Shown here in pieces: positions 24,100 through 36,523 of a stretch of DNA of 64,000 nucleotides. The position numbers were made by a program, and so were the translations under genes. Numbering within the stretch: position 1 is the first letter of the stretch; every line of letters starts with the position of its first letter. The notes beneath the pieces are model-generated. The model saw only the letters and a list, made by a program, of their open reading frames with translations. It made no database searches and was not told the DNA's origin. Source of the DNA: Owenia fusiformis (taxonomy: Eukaryota); contig CAIIXF020000001.1 in assembly GCA_903813345.2 (NCBI GenBank), positions 36,208,001 through 36,272,000 on the forward strand, given 5' to 3'.

Positions 24100-24517
24100 G
24101 GTTTTATAATGTCATAAGCTGCAAGATTGAGTATTAAATGCCTGCAAAATATAGCTATTGACATTATATATTATATCTGTAATCTCGACCAATCGGTGAT
24201 AAGTCATTAACTAGCCAATCGGCGAAGAGTGTGAGATGCCCTCCGTCGTGTCGTCTACGCCGCGTGTAAATCCCCAAAATATGAGGCAAAACGTTCAAGT
24301 GGTAATGGTTCCTCAATATGAAAGCCTAATATAAGCAGAAAAGTGTTGAATTAAAAACACGCTTTTATTAGTTCTGCAGACAGTGTCAAATCTAGTCCCT
24401 CGTCATAAGTATCGAAAGTCCACCTCTCAGATGGAAATGGATCATCTCCTAGTACTTCAAATTCAGCTTCGGGGATAATCGATTTAATGAGTTCGATCTG
24501 CTTCATGTATATTTGTT

Positions 24518-25015
24518 TCAGTTCTGTGATTCATCAAAGATCGGTTTAAAAAGTCCACAATATTTAAGCGAAAATGTCATTTTTGTAGTTATTCCTGCGT
24601 CATCGACGTACTTGGTAATCTCCCAAAATCGGCTCTTTTTAGGGTCATTTACTTTAGCATCAGTGGTGGTGTCATCTTCGCTTTCATGAATATATGGTAC
24701 TTCCCATCGTTTGATATTCGATTTCCCTAGAATACAGCGAATACAGTTCTTTACTATGGTTTCCGATATGACATCAAGTATTTTCAGCATTGTTTTCATA
24801 AAGTCTAAGAATATCAGTGACTTGTTAAACTTGGCTGTAATTTTTAATTTACCATCCACGGTTTGCTGCTCTGCCTCGTGATCTGAACTGAAATGATCGC
24901 GGTTAAAGGTTGTTCCTGACCATTGAATATCTGGATTCGAAAATGTCTTAGAGAAAAGCATCTCAATAAGGATCATTGTTTTTGTCAAGTCGCAAGACAT
25001 TCTATTGTCACCCAT
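24518..25015 (-). CDS. Hypothetical protein of the Maverick-like element (165 aa; may extend by frameshift to 24351)
   Basis: ATG ORF starting just inside the right TIR. An adjacent frame continues ITELKQIYMKQIELIKSIIPEAEFEVLGDDPFPSERWTFDTYDEGLDLTLSAELIKACF* to 24351. No family recognised. Confidence 0.55.
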   Translation of the reverse strand: MGDNRMSCDLTKTMILIEMLFSKTFSNPDIQWSGTTFNRDHFSSDHEAEQQTVDGKLKITAKFNKSLIFLDFMKTMLKILDVISETIVKNCIRCILGKSNIKRWEVPYIHESEDDTTTDAKVNDPKKSRFWEITKYVDDAGITTKMTFSLKYCGLFKPIFDESQN

Positions 25016-25458
25016 ATTGGTTGAATAATACCACTGAAACGATTATCTAAACTGAGAGAGTAAATATGTCTGTTTGTATCTGGCCTTTTGTAGAAAATGA
25101 ATTTTTAAATTCTTTCTTCATGTACTTAAGTAAATGCCATCCGGTTTAAACCAGTTTTAGGGGAATCCCTCTCAAAGTCACTAGACAATTATGCCATGAA
25201 TCCACCCATCATTCCAACAGCTTGTGATGATAAGGAGGAATAAATCCAATGACGCAGTCAATTGTCATGGCACATAAGGGTTCAGGTATAAAATTAGATG
25301 ATATCAGGTTTTTTAACATCGAGTGAGATGATAATTATAGACGTAAAGCAAATTTGGAAGTGTTTCCTTTACATTTCGTAAGTTGACTATTAGTCTAAAC
25401 ACCTTTAGGGTATAAAACGAAACTGTACCATCGAGATGACATAAAAACGATGAGCCGA

Positions 25459-25761
25459 TCAGCCTTCGTTCCTTTTTGAAAACGTACTAAAGCTAAACTC
25501 ATAGATGCATCCTTTTCACGTGACATGGGGAGGGGGGCACTGCAGATTCCATAGATAGCGCACTCTCAGTCATCTCGTAACGTGAGTACACCTTCGGTAC
25601 AGTCAAACCTACATATAGGCACTCATTACCAATCGGCTTATTCCGGAATTTTACGAGAATCTAACCCTAACCCTAACCCTCCTAACCCTAACCCTAACCC
25701 TAGCCGAAAAGTAGTCCTAACGTGAGGACTGTATGTTTTCTTTTACGCACCCTTTACTACT
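25459..25761 (-). repeat. Right terminal inverted repeat of the Maverick-like element
   Basis: Inverted match to 18186-18488; degenerate extension inward to about 25222. Confidence 0.95.
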
Positions 25762-26539
25762 CACAACTGGGGACCAAACCGCTGCTAAAACGAAGGACTC
25801 TTTACAATAAAACAATGTACCAACAGAAAGACAATTTTGTTTTGCTTTGAATGGAACAAGTTTGAAGAAAAACGGTGCAAATTGCACTCAAAACAAAAAT
25901 TGTTCACAAAAACAGTCATGTAAAATATATATCAATAATTTTTGCATTAAATTGTTGTCAATCAGTGACCATTACATAAAGGACGGTTTTTTACAAGAAC
26001 GTTTTCAATATAATTGAAAAAAAAACAGTGTTAAATTCAGTCCACCATATCTGTACCAATCCTTTTATTTTTCTGTTTTCTTCTGACCCGACCCGAAATT
26101 ACCCGACCCACACACTTTTTTGTGGCCTTACCCGACCCGATCTGGCACCGCTATTGACTAATGGCCAGTTAAAGCCCATTCTGATACTCACATCTTAAGC
26201 TTACTGCCTTCAACTCAAATATCATTCTATAAAGAAGGTAATAGCCCTTCATTTTTCATAATGTTTAAAGCCATTCAAAGGTCAAAACATTGAAATGAAA
26301 TGGGACAAGGGGTGGATTATAGATCTTCACATTGAAAAAATCAATTTTAACTTTTATAGATAACTTTTACTTTTTAGTACGATATTCTAAACAGTCCCAA
26401 ATGTCACGACCATTTAATATGCAGGAAAAAAGCTCGAGGGTGTGGCAAATACAAATAATATACTATCGTTTCGCTGCCGAGTTGTAATAATCGGAACAAC
26501 AGCTAGCTGTGCCACATCGTGATCTTGCTTTTACACAAT

Positions 26540-28014
26540 CACTGGTACTCACCTAGTAACGCTGAAGATACGTCAGCGTAACAAGATGGAAGAACTTCCG
26601 GGCTTCGTTTTCGGTAAGAGATATTTTTATTTCTCGATTCTACACCACTTATGAGTCAAGTTGTGGACAATAATTTGGCTCTAATAAGTTAAGGAAGATA
26701 GTCTAGTTTGATAATATGCAAGCGGTTCTACAAGGGGCGATCCATATATTCTGATAAAAATGCTCTCATTTTGTGATTTTTTCACATATCCCTCTTATTT
26801 TTTTCAGAAAATGTAGATTATGTAATTACACATACAATGCTAAAATATTATAGCTATATCTTAAATTATCAATGAGATAAGGTTGCCATGGTAACCTGTA
26901 TTAAGGGTAGGCAGGTCAATTAAATTATAACATATAAATATCATAATAACTTGTTATTTTAATTATTTTAAAGCATGCAGAAATCATGCATTTTTTTAAA
27001 AAAAAGTTTGGTATTGTTACTCGTTGTTTGTTGCTAAACAAATGTGGTATATGTGCTCACTATAACATCACAAATAATCACAATACCATTGTAGGACAGA
27101 ATGGGCCAATTGACATTACATGTTATGAGACACACCAAAAATAAAATTGTCAGATGAAGTTAATGTGGCTGATGCAGAGTGTGACATTAATGGATACATT
27201 AGGGAATACCATTAGATTTTATTTTCTTTCAAGAATGAGTAAGAGGACACTGTCAGAGACATACCTGGACTTATTAAGTGCATTGGCAAGGTGTTGCATA
27301 AAGAATCTATAGGTAGTATCGTAAAGAGGAAGGCATGGTCACTGTTGAAGATCATCCACAATCTGGTTGCAAGAGGAGCTTGCGGACAGAGATTAACACT
27401 ACGATAAATTGAGATGTTACTTATGAAAAGATAGCTATCCCACTGTATAAATTAGCAAACAAGGGCAACAGGGGTATTGAACACATCAATGAATAGTTGG
27501 CAATGACTGGAAGATGCGTCTGATCTGCTTAAAATAGTTACCGAGGAATGATTAAATTAACATATTTATCTATTTTAGACGTTATTATTTAACTGACCTG
27601 CCTACCCTAAATACAGGTTACCATGGCAACCTTATTTCAAAGTTATTTAAAGATATAGCTAAAATATTTTAGCATCGTATGTGTAATTACATAATCTACA
27701 TGTTCTGAAAAAAATGAAAGGGATATGTGAAAAAATCACAAAATGAGAGCATTTTTTATCAGAATATATGGATCGTCCCTTGTATGTTTGGTATTTTAAT
27801 GAAGACGCAATTTACATATTTAGTCCCTCGCTTTTGTTACGTTGATGATCTTCATGATGAGCCACAACTTATTGTCCACAACTTGTCTTATAAGTGGTGT
27901 ATAATCGAGAAATAAAAATATCTTATACTAGTACCGAAAACGAAGCCCGGAAATTTTTCCATCTTCACGCTAACGTATCGTCAGCGTAACTAGGTGAGTA
28001 ACTGAGTACCAGTG
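26540..28014. mobile_element. Foldback element with CACTG...CAGTG ends (CACTA/EnSpm-like MITE), interrupted by a second MITE
   Basis: 26540-26680 is the inverted match of about 27860-28014 (CACTGGTACTCA...GGGCTTCGTTTTCGGTA...AAGTTGTGGACAATAA). No clean TSD seen. Confidence 0.65.
26731..27782. mobile_element. Tc1/mariner-type MITE with about 200-bp TIRs
   Basis: TA|CAAGGGGCGATCCATATATTCTGATAAAAA...TTTTTTATCAGAATATATGGATCGTCCCTTG|TA. Confidence 0.85.
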
Positions 28015-28359
28015 ACAATACTGATATTTTTATTTCTAGCTTGGTGATCTATCACCAAACACCCGACCTTACACTCTGTTTTAAACATTACAAGCCTGAA
28101 ATTGACCTCGGAATACTGAAAAGTGATTTATTGGAAGCATTTCAATTGTTTTTCTTCTTTACTGTAATCTTAATCAAAAATGAGCTAAATTTTCAACATT
28201 TTCAACAAGTACCCATCAGCTGATCAAGATTATTCTTGACTATTTATGGTTACCTCGATCTTCTGCGAAATTGAAATATCGCCACGTGGGATCCTTGGAA
28301 TACATTACATAAGATAAAGAGGGGCTCTGATAAATCCGAATGCATGCAATATTAAAGTC

Positions 28360-28790
28360 AATAACCCAGATGCGAGTAGAAATAATCTTGATTTACATCA
28401 TCAAGAATTCAAAATTCGGTCAAAGTGATATCATATTTGAAATCTACAGGTAAAATTACACCTAGAAATGTGGTTTTAAAAAGTGTTTATTAACTTTGAA
28501 AATTTAATTTTCTTTGTAAATGTGATTTCTAGTTCGGGGAGATTCTCCATAGACCCCATGTTATAAAATCACAAAAAGTGAAATATCTATTCTTTTATTA
28601 GACAGAATATATTTTCTTTTACTGGATATATTCTTATTTGTATAACTATCAGATACATAAGGGTCATATGAAAATTAGACCACTGACACCGCTGAAAATT
28701 CAAGTTAAGGGAACTTTCTGCTATACCTGCCATGCTATCTGACCCAAATCAGCCACCTGGTGGTAACTACCTACCCGCATCAGAGTAATT
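28360..28790. mobile_element. Dispersed TIR-bounded repeat family of about 430 bp
   Basis: Ends AATAACCCAGATGCGAGTAG...CTACCCGCATCAGAGTAATT. Related copies or fragments near 29170-29392, 35020-35260, 57727-58132 and 59460-59830. Confidence 0.7.
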
Positions 28791-29463
28791 GAATCCCCAT
28801 GTTAAGTCAATGCCACCCTTTGACCTGAGAGCATTGCAGACTATTGGTCAATTTGAAATTAAATCCACATCCAACTGCTCATATTTAATGAGACCTTTAA
28901 TATATTTATTTTCAAGTTTACTTGAAATATACTGAATAATACTTGAATATGATTTCATATTTGTATTCATTATGGTTTCATACATGACTGTAGCAAATTT
29001 GGGTCTTTGATACTTCCTAGAATTCATGATATTGGCAAAATCAAAATAAATTTACTGGTTTCAGTGATTCAAACATTTTCAACAGACATAATTGACTGTA
29101 ATTGGCTGTTCTATCTTCCTTTTATACCCGGTTTTCCCCTTTAAGTTGAGCCAGTCTCAACAAGTAAATCCATGTGGGAGAGTATTGGTAGAATCCATTT
29201 TCAAAAGTAAGAATAAAGTTTCTTAACTGAACATTAAAGTTTCAGATACATACTAGGGGTAATATGAAAATTGATCCACTCGAACTGATGAATATTCAAG
29301 TTTAAGGTAACTTTTTATATACCTGCCGTATTATCTGACCAGAGTTAGCCACCTGGTTGTGAAACTGGTAACTTATTCGCATCTGAGTTATTGAGAATTT
29401 GACAATTCATCATCTTATACAGATATCTCAAATAACTTATATATCTGATCACATATCTCAAGC

Positions 29464-31744
29464 CTTTTTATGTCACCACCAAAAGTGGTGACATATTGTT
29501 ATGGTCTCCGTTTTTTTGCGACGGCGGTTGGCGTCCGGCGGTTGGAGGTTGGCGTCCGGCGGTTGGAGGTTGGCGTCCGGCGTCTGTAACAATTTCTTAC
29601 AACTTCCTATAACTTAACAAATACTGTTTAGACTGACTTCAATTTTTTTCTAAATCATCTACATGTTCTCAGAAGTTCAAATCTGTCTTTAGATTTGACA
29701 TTTGACCTTCAATGACCTTCTCAAGGTCAAAAAGGTCTTTTTTCAACTTGCTTCACATTGACTAAATTTTTTTTCAAAATCATCTACATGTTCTCAGAAA
29801 TTCAAATCTGACTTTAGATTTGACTTTAGATTTGACATTTGACCTTCAAATCTGACTTTAGATTTGACATTTGACCTTCAATGACCTTCTCAAGGTCAAA
29901 AAAGGTCAAAAAGGTCTGTTTTCAACTTGCTTCAAATTGACTAATTTTTTTTTCAAAATCATCTACGTGTTCTCAGAAATTCAAAGCTGACTTTAGATTT
30001 GACTTAAGATTTGACATTTGACCTTCAATGACCTTTTCAAGGTAAAAAAGGTAAAAAAGGTCTGTTTTCAACTTGCTTCAAATTGACTAAAAAAAATTTC
30101 AAAATCATCTACGTGTTCTCAGGAATTCAAATCTGACTTTAGATTTGACTTAAGATTTGACATTTGACCTTCAATGACCTTCTCAAAGTCAAAAAAGGTC
30201 AAAAGGGTATTTTTTCAACTTGCTTCAAATTGACTAAATTTTTTTTTCAAAATCATCTACATGTTCTCATGAATTCAAATCTGACTTTAGATTTGACATT
30301 TGACCTTCAATGACCTTCTCAAGGTCAAAAAGGTCTTTTTTCAACTTGCTTCAAATTGACTAATTTTTTTTTCAAAATCATCTACATGTTCTCAGAAATT
30401 CAAATCTGACTTTAGATTTGACATTTGACCTTTAATGACCTTCTCAAGGTCAAAAAAGGTCAAAAAGGTCTGTTTTCAACTTGCTTCAAATTGACTAAAA
30501 TTTTTTTTCAAAATCATCTACGTGTTCTCAGAAATTCAAATCTGACTTAAGATTTGACTTAAGATTTGACATTTGACCTTCAATGACCTTCTCAAGGTCA
30601 AAAAAGGTCAAAAAGGTCTGTTTTCAACTTGCTTCAAATTGACTAAAAAAAATTATCATAATCATCTACGTGTTTTCAGGAATTCAAATCTGACTTTAGA
30701 TTTGACTTAAGATTTGACATTTGACCTTCAATGACCTTCTCAAAGTCAAAAAAGGTCAAAAAGGTCTTTTTTCAACTTGCTTCAAATTGACTAAATCTTT
30801 TTTTCAAAATCATCTACATGTTCTCAGAAATTCAAATCTGACTTTAGATTTGACATTTGACCTTCAATGACCTTCTCAATGTCAAAAAAGGTCAAAAAGG
30901 TATTTTTTCATCTTGCTTCAAATTGACTAAATTTTTTTTTCAAAATCATCTACATGTTCTCAGAAATTCAAATATGACTTTAGATTTGACTTTAGATTTG
31001 ACATTTGACCTTCAATGACCTTCTCAAGGTCAAAAAAGGTCTTTTTTCAACTTGCTTCAAATTGACTAATTTTTTTTTTCAAAATCATCTACATGTTCTC
31101 AGAAATTCAAATCTGACTTTAGATTTGACTTAAGATTTGACATTTGACCTTCAATGACCTTTTCAAGGTAAAAAAGGTAAAAAAGGTCTGTTTTCAACTA
31201 ATTTTTTTTTCAAAATCATCTACATCTTTTCAGAAGTTCAAATTTGACTTTACAAGTTCTCAGAAGTTCAAATCTGACTTTAGATTTGACCTTTGACCTT
31301 CAATGACCTTCTCAAGGTCAAAAAGGTCTTTTTTCAACTTGCTTCAAATTGACTAATTTTTTTTCAAAATCATCTACATGTTCTCAGAAGTTCAAATCTG
31401 ACTTTAGATTTGACATTTGACCTTCAATGACCACTTCAAGGTCAAAAAGGTCTTTTTTCAACTTGCTTCAAATTTACTTAATTTTTTTTCAAAATCATCT
31501 TCATGTTCTCAGAAGTTCAAATCTGACTTTACATTTGACCTTCAATGACCTTCTCAATGTCAAAAAAAGTCAAAGAGGTATTTTTTCAACTTGCTTCAAA
31601 TTGACGAATTTTTTTTTCAAAATCATCTACATGTTCTAAGAAGTTCAAATCAAACCTTCTTAAGGTCAAAATGTATTTTCCAACTTGCTTTAAATTGACC
31701 AAATTGTTTTAGGTGGTGACATTTTGTCATGTTAATGCCTTGTT
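29464..31744 (+). mobile_element. HINE-like element carrying a 2-kb satellite array
   Basis: 5' T-run, hairpin TGTCACCACcaaaaGTGGTGACA, GGCGTCCGGCGGTTGGAGGTT micro-repeat, then about 15 units of roughly 125-180 bp (AAATCATCTACATGTTCTCAGAAATTCAAATCTGACTTTAGATTTGACATTTGACCTTCAATGACC...), and a 3' GGTGGTGACAT...GCCTTGTT end. Confidence 0.75.
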
Positions 31745-32164
31745 AAGAATGAAATTGTAAGGATAACATGAGCATGATTTTAATTGATTCCCATTTTATC
31801 TCACCATCCATTCTCATTTTTTACACTCAGTATTAGAAGCCTTCTAACTTCCTTAACGGTTAAGGAAGTTAGAAAATTGTTTTATTAGAATTCATGAACG
31901 GAAGAGAAATATATACATGATATAAGAAAAACTGGAAAAGTTGGCAAAAGGGAAGTTTCGATCAGTGAGATCTCCGGTTTATTCAGGCACTGTAAACAAT
32001 CATTTTTTTATTCTGTAATGGTCTAATAAACAAAGAAATAAAAACGTAGATCAACGTGACATTTACAAACGGGCTTCACCGAACTAGTGGTAAACAGGAG
32101 GTAGGCCTAAACAACAACAGATACATTACATTAGATCTGTTACATCACATTTCAACATTTTACA

Positions 32165-33539
32165 ATGGTTCTTGCCTGGTACTTTAATCCTTCTGATGAA
32201 GATAAGCGTTTGCCGCACAAGAAGGAACCAAATGTTCCGGTTAGTATCGAGGACCTTGAAAGAAAAACGGGCGTAAGGTGCTTGAAGGTAGGCAAAACGA
32301 TTGAATTTTATTATTGCATTGTAGGCTACGTGTAAGCTGTCAGCAAGCATGAAGGAAAGGGAATCGGAAGATGTACACTGCATATACAATATGTGGGGAT
32401 CTGGTTCGTGTACATACACGTTTGGCTCACATCCTCATTTGAACATGCCTCAAAAGAGGACTACGTTATCAGTTCACTCTGTTCCTTGATGTTCGTCACT
32501 GAAAATAATAACGTGAATCAACTTGTTGTATTCTTTCAGGTGGATCCTGAAGGATATCAAGGAAATGAAACCTACAGAACTCTGAGAAAGGAGCGATTGT
32601 ATAAATATGAAGACTCGATTGATGTGACAGACAGAAAACCTGAATTTGACGAAATAGTAAATTACAATTTAAAAAATTGTGTTACACATAACTGCTATTA
32701 AGTCCAATATCCATCAAAAACTTAACCTAAACTAATGTATGTTAATCATAGTAGGCTATCTTTCATTGTAATATACAATATTCTTCAAATAGTACTTTCA
32801 TAAGCAGGGGACAATCTTTGGTGGCGTCTGTGTGAATATGGAAAAGTTTAAAGTTGTCCATGCTTTTCAGTTAAAAACGTTCTACATAGAACACTTACAC
32901 GCCGATGATGAAGTGAGATATACAGTCGGTGGGTCGGGATACTTTGATGTAAGAGACGAAGATGATGCTTGGATCAGAATCCATATTGAGTCAGGGGATC
33001 TGATCACCTTACCTGCTGGCATTTACCATCGCTTTGCATTGGACACAAAGGTACCTTTCTTGTATGTATAATCGGACTTGCTTCTTGTCTCAAGTTCCTA
33101 ATTTCTAAATCTTGATATTATTACTGAAATCGTGTGAAAAAGAAAATGCCTAGAGGACAGACTATTAACTCGTACACTCCCTTTCAAAATTTGGGCAACC
33201 AGAAGTCCCATTTTGGACTAGCCTACTTGGTAAAGCCGATTGTAACAAATTAATCAGTTTTAAAGATATCTATCCCAGGGCCGTAGGGATATCTATCCAT
33301 CGTGGAACAAAATTTAAACATAAAATATGCATTTACTCGCTATCCTATTGATACATCCTGTTGCCATAGTGAAGGGGTGTATTTTTAGTGGCCTTTGTAT
33401 GTTCCAGAACCACAGCATTAAGTTAGTGAGGCTGTTTACAGAGGTACCAGTGTGGACACCATTTCCCAGACCAGCGGATAACCACCCAGCAAGACTCGCC
33501 TATATCAATTCACGGAAGCTTAAAGACACTGATGCTTAA
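32165..33539 (+). CDS. ADI1: Acireductone dioxygenase (ARD, methionine salvage), 4 exons, 183 aa
   Basis: Exons 32165-32287 ([19 protein letters not shown]...), 32540-32656, 32871-33050 ([14 protein letters not shown]...GSGYFDVRD...WIRI...[14 protein letters not shown]), 33408-33539 ([16 protein letters not shown]). All introns GT-AG, phase 0. Cupin metal ligands H-x-H...E...H present. Confidence 0.95.
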
Positions 33540-36523
33540 AGGCCCCATATAGAGTGCAAACCACTTTGGTTTATATCATAGTCTTACTCAATGTTATCAC
33601 AATGTGGAATAAAATTTACTCATGAGCACAAAAAAGCATTTTAAAATTTTAGTTGGGATGGGACATAAATACAGTACATAAAAATGATAAAATTCAAGTA
33701 TTTGAAAATTATACGGTGAACAACTTTTATTCTCAAAAGTTACATTTTTTTAAAATGCCTCTCATAGTTTTTTTCAAATCATGATTTGTAATATTAGAAT
33801 GACTAAACTATCTTTTTAAACTTTGCACGGAGCCTTTAAAGCATAAAAGGACTTACATTCGGTTTTATATTAATGCATGAGATACACATTAGGGAGTTTA
33901 AGCTTGCAATCTTTTTCACAACCTAAACGTGAACGGAAAATATGCATTTGTTCGAGCGATTGGTGATACGATAGGTTCCCTGTTTTCAACTTTGAAAGAG
34001 GTCTGGATCTTATCAACAACTACTAAGCTGTCTTTATCAAACCATACATAAGAACAATCCTATAAGCTATCATCAAAGAGGGTATAGTGAACCAATTAAA
34101 CTCCTCTTTTAGACCAAATACAATCCAAGTTGAAGGACCTCGTCCATTATTCTATTACTCAGAACCTCTGGCACTATATAACTGCAAAAGGATTAGTCTG
34201 AATATATGCCCTTTTGGTCCCTCAGTTAAATGTATGTGAAATATGGTTTTTTATTACTGTCCTAGTTATATTTGATAAGAATATTTACCTTTTCATGAGT
34301 TTTGATGCATAATTAACCCCCTGCTGAGAGTCAAAATAAGTATCAAATAAACAAATAGTCATCATCATAGAAAAAAACACCAATGGCAACATATATGACA
34401 TACAAAGTAGAAATAACTTAAAGACCCACGAAGAATATAAAAAATCATATTTTTGAAATAAACTTAAGGATTAAATTTTTTCAAATTTTTGAATTTCCCG
34501 CCAGTTTAATAACGCAGATGCGAGTAGGTAGTTTCCAGATTCATTTTCGTGGTTAAATTTTCATATAACCCTTATCACCCTATGCAGACAGAGCCTGTGG
34601 AAATATTGGGTGCGGAGCAAATGAGCGGAGGGTGCGGAGCTAACGGTCATTTTTGAATTTAAATTTGGGATATTTCTGAAACTAAGCCGTTTTGGGACTT
34701 CAAATATACCAAGATATGTGTATTTGACACCAAATATCAATACAATTGTGAAAATAGTAGCGCAATTCATTCTATAGCGACGCAGTGTGCCTTAAACCTT
34801 TCCCAGACCTATATATTTTGAAATTATCCTTTTAATACTGAGTCCCCAGCATTCATAAAAAATGGTGTTCAAGGTACACTATCTATACAAATTATTTTGC
34901 ATCTTGGAAGCCAGGCAGTATCTGTGTGATTTTATAAAAATTCGGAAATGTTTTTCAGATATGAGCCCCCTCTAAATATTGGGTGCGGAGGAACTCCATA
35001 AACTATGTTATGTATCTAATAGTTATGCAAATTAAAATATGTCCAGTAAAAGAAAATTTTATCTGTCCAATACAAGAAAAGATAATCATGTTCACTTTCT
35101 GTGATTTTGTAACATGGGATCTATGGGGAATCAACCCGAACAAGAAGTCACATTTTCAAAAAAAAACTTACTTTTACATGCAGATTTCAAATATGACATC
35201 GTTTTGACTGAATTTTGAATATCTAATGACGTAAATAAAGATTATTTCTACTCGCATCTAGTCTATTTGAAGGGGGAAAAACAAGATGGCTGCCATTAGA
35301 TGTAAGAAATATCAGAAAATGAGTTGCTTTACTTTTAATTTTCACAATTTCCCGGCTTATGTTTTTTGATTGATTCTGACTGTTCATTATAAAATTGAAA
35401 CCAAAATGTTGTGCTCAGCATGACGATGTCTATACAAAGAAAGAAAGCAATGTTTCAAACTTTTTGTATAAATTATTCATTTAATATTTGCCATTGATTT
35501 TTTCAATTCTGGCAAAGTGATATGCATTGTCTTTGATGCCAATATTCTTCATCAATTGTGATACAAATTGATATTTTTGTAATCTCAGAAAAAGGATAAG
35601 ATATTGAAGTTTAATAATATGTGTGATTGAGTTGGTTTTTGAGACATTACAATTTTGAATATTTTCTAAGTCGATACCCAGAATCATTCCCAGACTCATC
35701 CTTTGGTGTGTAGGCTGGGAAATAAAATATTTATACCGTTTTTTTTCAAGTGGCGTTTTTTGGCCCACCCTGTACTTATATATAACATCATAATTTTTAC
35801 CATTTGACCATTTTACCATCAAGTTAAAATAAAAACAGGCAAACAAATTCGACACGCCCGTTTAATTAATTGTCCTCGTCCTGCCTTATGTCCCCGACGT
35901 ACCTTACTACGGCGGAAATCGATCGTAATTTTGATGGTCTCAGCTGAAATTCAACGTATTCCTAATAAAAAATGATATCATGTTATTGTCACGTACTAAT
36001 TACTCAAAGTAGGCCTAAAGCAGGTAATGTTACATGGGTTCTCGTGTCATGATCATAACTAAGCTTAACCATTTGCACACACAAGCACACCATATTGAAA
36101 GTACGTAGTTTAAGTACCTCATTGACGTTTAACAAATGAAAAATCACACATTAGCTATAGTGTTTTAAGTGCGTTTTCGTTATTTTTATGAAATAAATAA
36201 ATAATGCATACATTGTTATTTTTATACTGAACATTAAAATCCATTTTATACATAGACCAACCAACGGGGTCCAAGAGTTTTTGGCTACCAAGTGTGCCCT
36301 GAGACTAACATAACATTTTATGTTAGTCTCAGGTGTATCTCAGGTAAGTCGTTCCGCCCTCGAAGAGAAACTTAGACCTTATGGACAGTTTGAAGATGCT
36401 TAGATTCTATACTACTGGCTGGTGGTGGAAAGTGGCTGGGTGTTAGTCTGAAGTTGGTGCTCCGTTTGATACTGCTGAGTCGACTATTGTGAAATACCAC
36501 ATAAAAACGCAATAAATTACTTA

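Larger units (their letters stand above)
18186..25761. mobile_element. Non-autonomous Maverick/Polinton (polintovirus/adintovirus-like) element, 7,576 bp
   Basis: 5'-AGTAGT...ACTACT-3' termini. 6-bp TSD CACAAC at 18180-18185 and 25762-25767. 303-bp TIRs with 2 mismatches. Internal A32/FtsK-like packaging ATPase. AG...CT ends, a 6-bp TSD, long TIRs and a packaging ATPase are established Polinton hallmarks. Confidence 0.92.

Noticed and set aside
25661..25703. (CCCTAA)n as a true telomere or chromosome-fusion scar
   Set aside because: It is short, placed symmetrically within both TIRs, and flanked by ordinary genes.
18051..25880. Treating the flanking inverted arms as part of the Maverick TIR
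   Set aside because: The CACAAC TSD and AGTAGT ends define the element at 18186-25761. The outer arms are more diverged and rebuild one palindrome at the empty site.
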